A stretch of 64,000 nucleotides of DNA from an archaeon. GTDB lineage: Archaea > Nanobdellota > Nanobdellia > Pacearchaeales > GW2011-AR1. Below, in pieces: positions 61,087-64,000 of the stretch. Each line of letters opens with the position of its first letter. Positions within the stretch are counted from its first letter, which is position 1. The stretch spans positions 26,342 through 90,341 of the forward strand of contig JABIDS010000003.1 in assembly GCA_018651605.1 (NCBI GenBank). Direction: 5' to 3'. The notes beneath the pieces were generated by a model. That model was not told where the DNA came from. It worked only from the letters and a program-made list of their open reading frames with translations, and did no database searches. The position numbers were made by a program, and so were the translations under genes.

Positions 61087-62754
61087 ATGACACATCCAAA
61101 AACCAACCCACCCTTAGAAATCTACGACTGCACCCTAAGAGAAGGAGAACAAGCAAAAGGAGCTAGCTTCACCTTAAAAAACCGACTAGAACTCTGCCAA
61201 CTTTTAGATGATTTCAAAGTAGACTACATTGAACTAGGATGGCCAATTGTCTCACAAGAAATAAGAGACGCATTCAAAATAGCATTAGAAAAAACAAAAT
61301 ACTCAAAAATAGTCGCCTTCGGCTCAACATCAAGAACCTCAGACCCACAACAAGACAAAAACCTAAATTCAATAATAGAAACAGGTGTCAAATACTCTTG
61401 CATCTTTGGAAAAACCCATCTCACACACATCCAAAAACAACTCAAAATCAGCCCAAATGAAAACCTAGAAAGAATTTCTCAAAGCATCGAATACCTAAAA
61501 CAAAACAACATAACAACATTTTATGACGCAGAACATTATTTCGACGGATTCAAAGACAATCCAGAATACGCTCTCCAAACTCTAACAACAGCAATACAAG
61601 CAGGAGCAGAAAGAGTCATCTTATGCGATACAAACGGAGGAATGTTACCAGAACAAGTAAAAGAAATCCTAAGCAAAACAAAAACACACTTAGAAAACAA
61701 AAACCTAAACTCCAAATTAGGCGTCCACTTTCACGACGACTGCAACTTAGCATTAGCAAACACTTTAGCATCACTTCCATACATCACACAAGTCCAAGGA
61801 ACAATCAACGGAATAGGAGAAAGAATCGGAAACCTAAATCTAACAACTTTCCTAGCAATTTACTTAGATAAACTCCATCCAACAACCCACCCAAACAATC
61901 CCTCCGAAGACACCAACCCCTCCACCAACCATCCCACCACCCCCTCCACCAACAACCTAAACATAAACCTTCAAGATTTAAAAAAAGTAAATAAAAAATC
62001 CTTCAGACTTTGTGGAATCACCATGCAAGAAAACCAACCATTTGTAGGAGACACAGCTTTTGCACATCGAGGCGGAGTCCACATAGATGCAATAAAAAAA
62101 GGAGCAAGCTACGAACACTCAACACCTGAAAAATTCGGAAACAAATCACGAATAATCCTAAACAGTTTAGGCGGAGCAAGCTCAGTCATAGAAGTTGCAA
62201 GACAATTCAATTATCATCTAGACAAAAAAGATCCAACATTCCAAGAAAAAACCCAACAACTCTTCAATGAATTAAGACAACACGAAAAAGCAGGATACGA
62301 TTCAGGAACCCACCCTGCAGAACAATTCCTACTAATTAATAAATATTTTGGAAACCATCAAAACCTATTCACAATAAAAAAATGGAAAGCAGAAAGTAAA
62401 AAAGAAAACAACAAAGAAACATCAGAATTCTACGCACTCTGCAAAATAAATCAAGAAACACTAGAAAGCCAAATCTCCCTTGAAGGAGGCCCAATAGAAG
62501 CAGGATTCAACACTCTAAAAGAAATACTCTCAAATAAATATCCTCAAGCAACCCTATTACACTTATCAGATTTCAAAGTAACAATCGCAAGAGAAAGCGA
62601 AGAAGAAAGCACAGTTAGAACAGAAATAAAATTCAAAAATGGAACAGAATTCTCAACAATCGGCGTAGACAGAAACATAATAGGCTCAGCAGTAGAAGCC
62701 CTAGAAAAAGGATTCAAATACCAAATTTTAAAAACACCAAACCCCAATTACTAA
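61087..62754 (+). CDS. cimA: Citramalate synthase (bacterial-type CimA, LeuA superfamily)
   Basis: YDCTLREGEQ, DAEHYFDGFK.NPEYALQTL, LCDTNGG, HFHDD, AFAHRGGVH, C-terminal regulatory domain. Confidence 0.88.
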   Translation: MTHPKTNPPLEIYDCTLREGEQAKGASFTLKNRLELCQLLDDFKVDYIELGWPIVSQEIRDAFKIALEKTKYSKIVAFGSTSRTSDPQQDKNLNSIIETGVKYSCIFGKTHLTHIQKQLKISPNENLERISQSIEYLKQNNITTFYDAEHYFDGFKDNPEYALQTLTTAIQAGAERVILCDTNGGMLPEQVKEILSKTKTHLENKNLNSKLGVHFHDDCNLALANTLASLPYITQVQGTINGIGERIGNLNLTTFLAIYLDKLHPTTHPNNPSEDTNPSTNHPTTPSTNNLNINLQDLKKVNKKSFRLCGITMQENQPFVGDTAFAHRGGVHIDAIKKGASYEHSTPEKFGNKSRIILNSLGGASSVIEVARQFNYHLDKKDPTFQEKTQQLFNELRQHEKAGYDSGTHPAEQFLLINKYFGNHQNLFTIKKWKAESKKENNKETSEFYALCKINQETLESQISLEGGPIEAGFNTLKEILSNKYPQATLLHLSDFKVTIARESEEESTVRTEIKFKNGTEFSTIGVDRNIIGSAVEALEKGFKYQILKTPNPNY

Positions 62755-62755
62755 A

Positions 62756-64000
62756 ATGCAAGACTTTAATAAAATCCAAGAAAAAGCAAGAAACATCTGG
62801 AAGAAAAACAAAACCAAAATAAAACAAGCAATAGATGACAATCCTAAAAAACCAATTTTCTCATTCTTAGAAGGCCCACCAACAGCAAACGCACCACCAG
62901 CCCTCCACCATCTAGAAGTCAGAACATTCAAAGATATAATTTGTAAATACAAATACATGAAAGGATTCTCAGTTCCAAGAAAAGGAGGATGGGACACACA
63001 TGGATTACCAGTCGAAGTTCAAGTAGAAAAACAACTAGGATTAAAATCAAAAAAAGAAGTCGTAGAATACGGAATGGAAAAATTCATAAAAAAATGCAGA
63101 GCAAACGTTTTCTCAAACATCGAAGACTGGAACAAATCAACAGAAGAACTAGGTTACTGGGTAGACTTAGAAAACCCCTACATAACTTTAGACAACAATT
63201 ATATTGAAAGCGTTTGGTGGAGCCTAAAAGAACTTTACAATAAAAAATTACTATACAAAGGATTCAAGGTAGTCCCTTACTGCCCAAGATGCGGAACACC
63301 ATTATCAAGCCACGAAGTCTCACAAGGATACAAAGACGTAAAAGAAGATTCAGTCTACATAGCATTCAAATTAAAACAAAAACCAGAATACATATTAGCA
63401 TGGACAACAACTCCTTGGACACTTCCAGGAAACGTAGCACTAGCAGTTGGAAAAGATTTAGATTATGTAAAAGTAGAACTTCCAGACAAAGACAAATTAA
63501 TCTTAGGAAAAGAAAAACTAGACTTAATACAAGGAGACTACAAAATAATAGAAAAACTAAAAGGAAAAGATTTACTAGGATTAGAATATGAACCTTTATT
63601 CAACATAAAAGAATTACAAAATGAAAACTCTCATAAAATAATAAAAGCAGATTTCGTAACAACAGAAGAAGGAACAGGAGTAGTCCACACTGCAGGAATG
63701 TATGGTGAAGACGACTACGAAGTTTGCAAAGAAAACAACATCCCTCTAGTCCACACAGTAGGAGAAGACGGAAAATTCAATGAACTAGTTCCACAATGGC
63801 AAGGAAAATTCGTCAAAGGAGCAGAACAAGAAATAATAGAAGACCTAAAACAAAGACACCTACTATTCAAAAAAGAAAAATTCTCACACACTTACCCATT
63901 CTGTTGGAGATGCGACTCACCATTATTATATTACGCAGTTGACTCATGGTTCATAGCAGTCACAAAACTAAAAAAAGAAATGATTAATGCAAATAAAAAA
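62756..64000 (+). CDS. ileS: Isoleucyl-tRNA synthetase (type 2), 3'-truncated by the window (absent from ORF track)
   Basis: FLEGPPTANAPPALHH, GWDTHGLPVE, YCPRCGTPLSSHEV, AWTTTPWTLPGN, GTGVVH, HTYPFCWRCDSPL. Confidence 0.96.
   Translation, partial: MQDFNKIQEKARNIWKKNKTKIKQAIDDNPKKPIFSFLEGPPTANAPPALHHLEVRTFKDIICKYKYMKGFSVPRKGGWDTHGLPVEVQVEKQLGLKSKKEVVEYGMEKFIKKCRANVFSNIEDWNKSTEELGYWVDLENPYITLDNNYIESVWWSLKELYNKKLLYKGFKVVPYCPRCGTPLSSHEVSQGYKDVKEDSVYIAFKLKQKPEYILAWTTTPWTLPGNVALAVGKDLDYVKVELPDKDKLILGKEKLDLIQGDYKIIEKLKGKDLLGLEYEPLFNIKELQNENSHKIIKADFVTTEEGTGVVHTAGMYGEDDYEVCKENNIPLVHTVGEDGKFNELVPQWQGKFVKGAEQEIIEDLKQRHLLFKKEKFSHTYPFCWRCDSPLLYYAVDSWFIAVTKLKKEMINANKK

Noticed and set aside
384-63591. 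Many 60-170 aa antisense or alternate-frame ORFs rich in Leu/Phe/Val
   Set aside because: Shadows of real genes produced by the strand skew; no motifs
1-64000. CRISPR array or cas genes
   Set aside because: No regularly spaced repeat-spacer series; the repeats found are dispersed or short tandem

Overview
Low-GC archaeal chromosome segment, most likely DPANN (Pacearchaeales/Woesearchaeales-like). This is inferred from the archaeal information genes (rpl37ae, rpoP, spt5, aIF5A, rpl40e, rpl1/P0/P1, taw1), a short archaeosortase, an S-layer gene and TATA-box, mostly leaderless promoters. The + strand is strongly A/C-skewed whichever way genes point. 1-30 kb is an accessory surface locus: nine genes with class III (prepilin-type) signal peptides, interleaved with six large secreted proteins that share a stalk motif but end in unrelated C-terminal domains (one intact and one degenerate zincin motif), plus small secreted orphans. 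30-64 kb is mostly housekeeping: metK, an S-layer/archaeosortase/DUF368/PAP2 envelope cluster, ftsZ-secE-spt5-rpl11, tRNA-Pro, tRNA-Ser, cimA and ileS. Best leads: (1) the pilin-adaptor/variable-tip cassette array; (2) an unannotated Ile-rich 21-aa leader peptide plus hairpin in front of cimA-ileS, a candidate archaeal attenuator; (3) covarying hairpin repeats, many with C-GNA-G loops, that sit just before start codons or in frame inside prepilin leaders; (4) an ALHH-motif IleRS; (5) several sequences that resemble planctomycete proteins. No database searches were run, so family calls come from motif recognition by eye.
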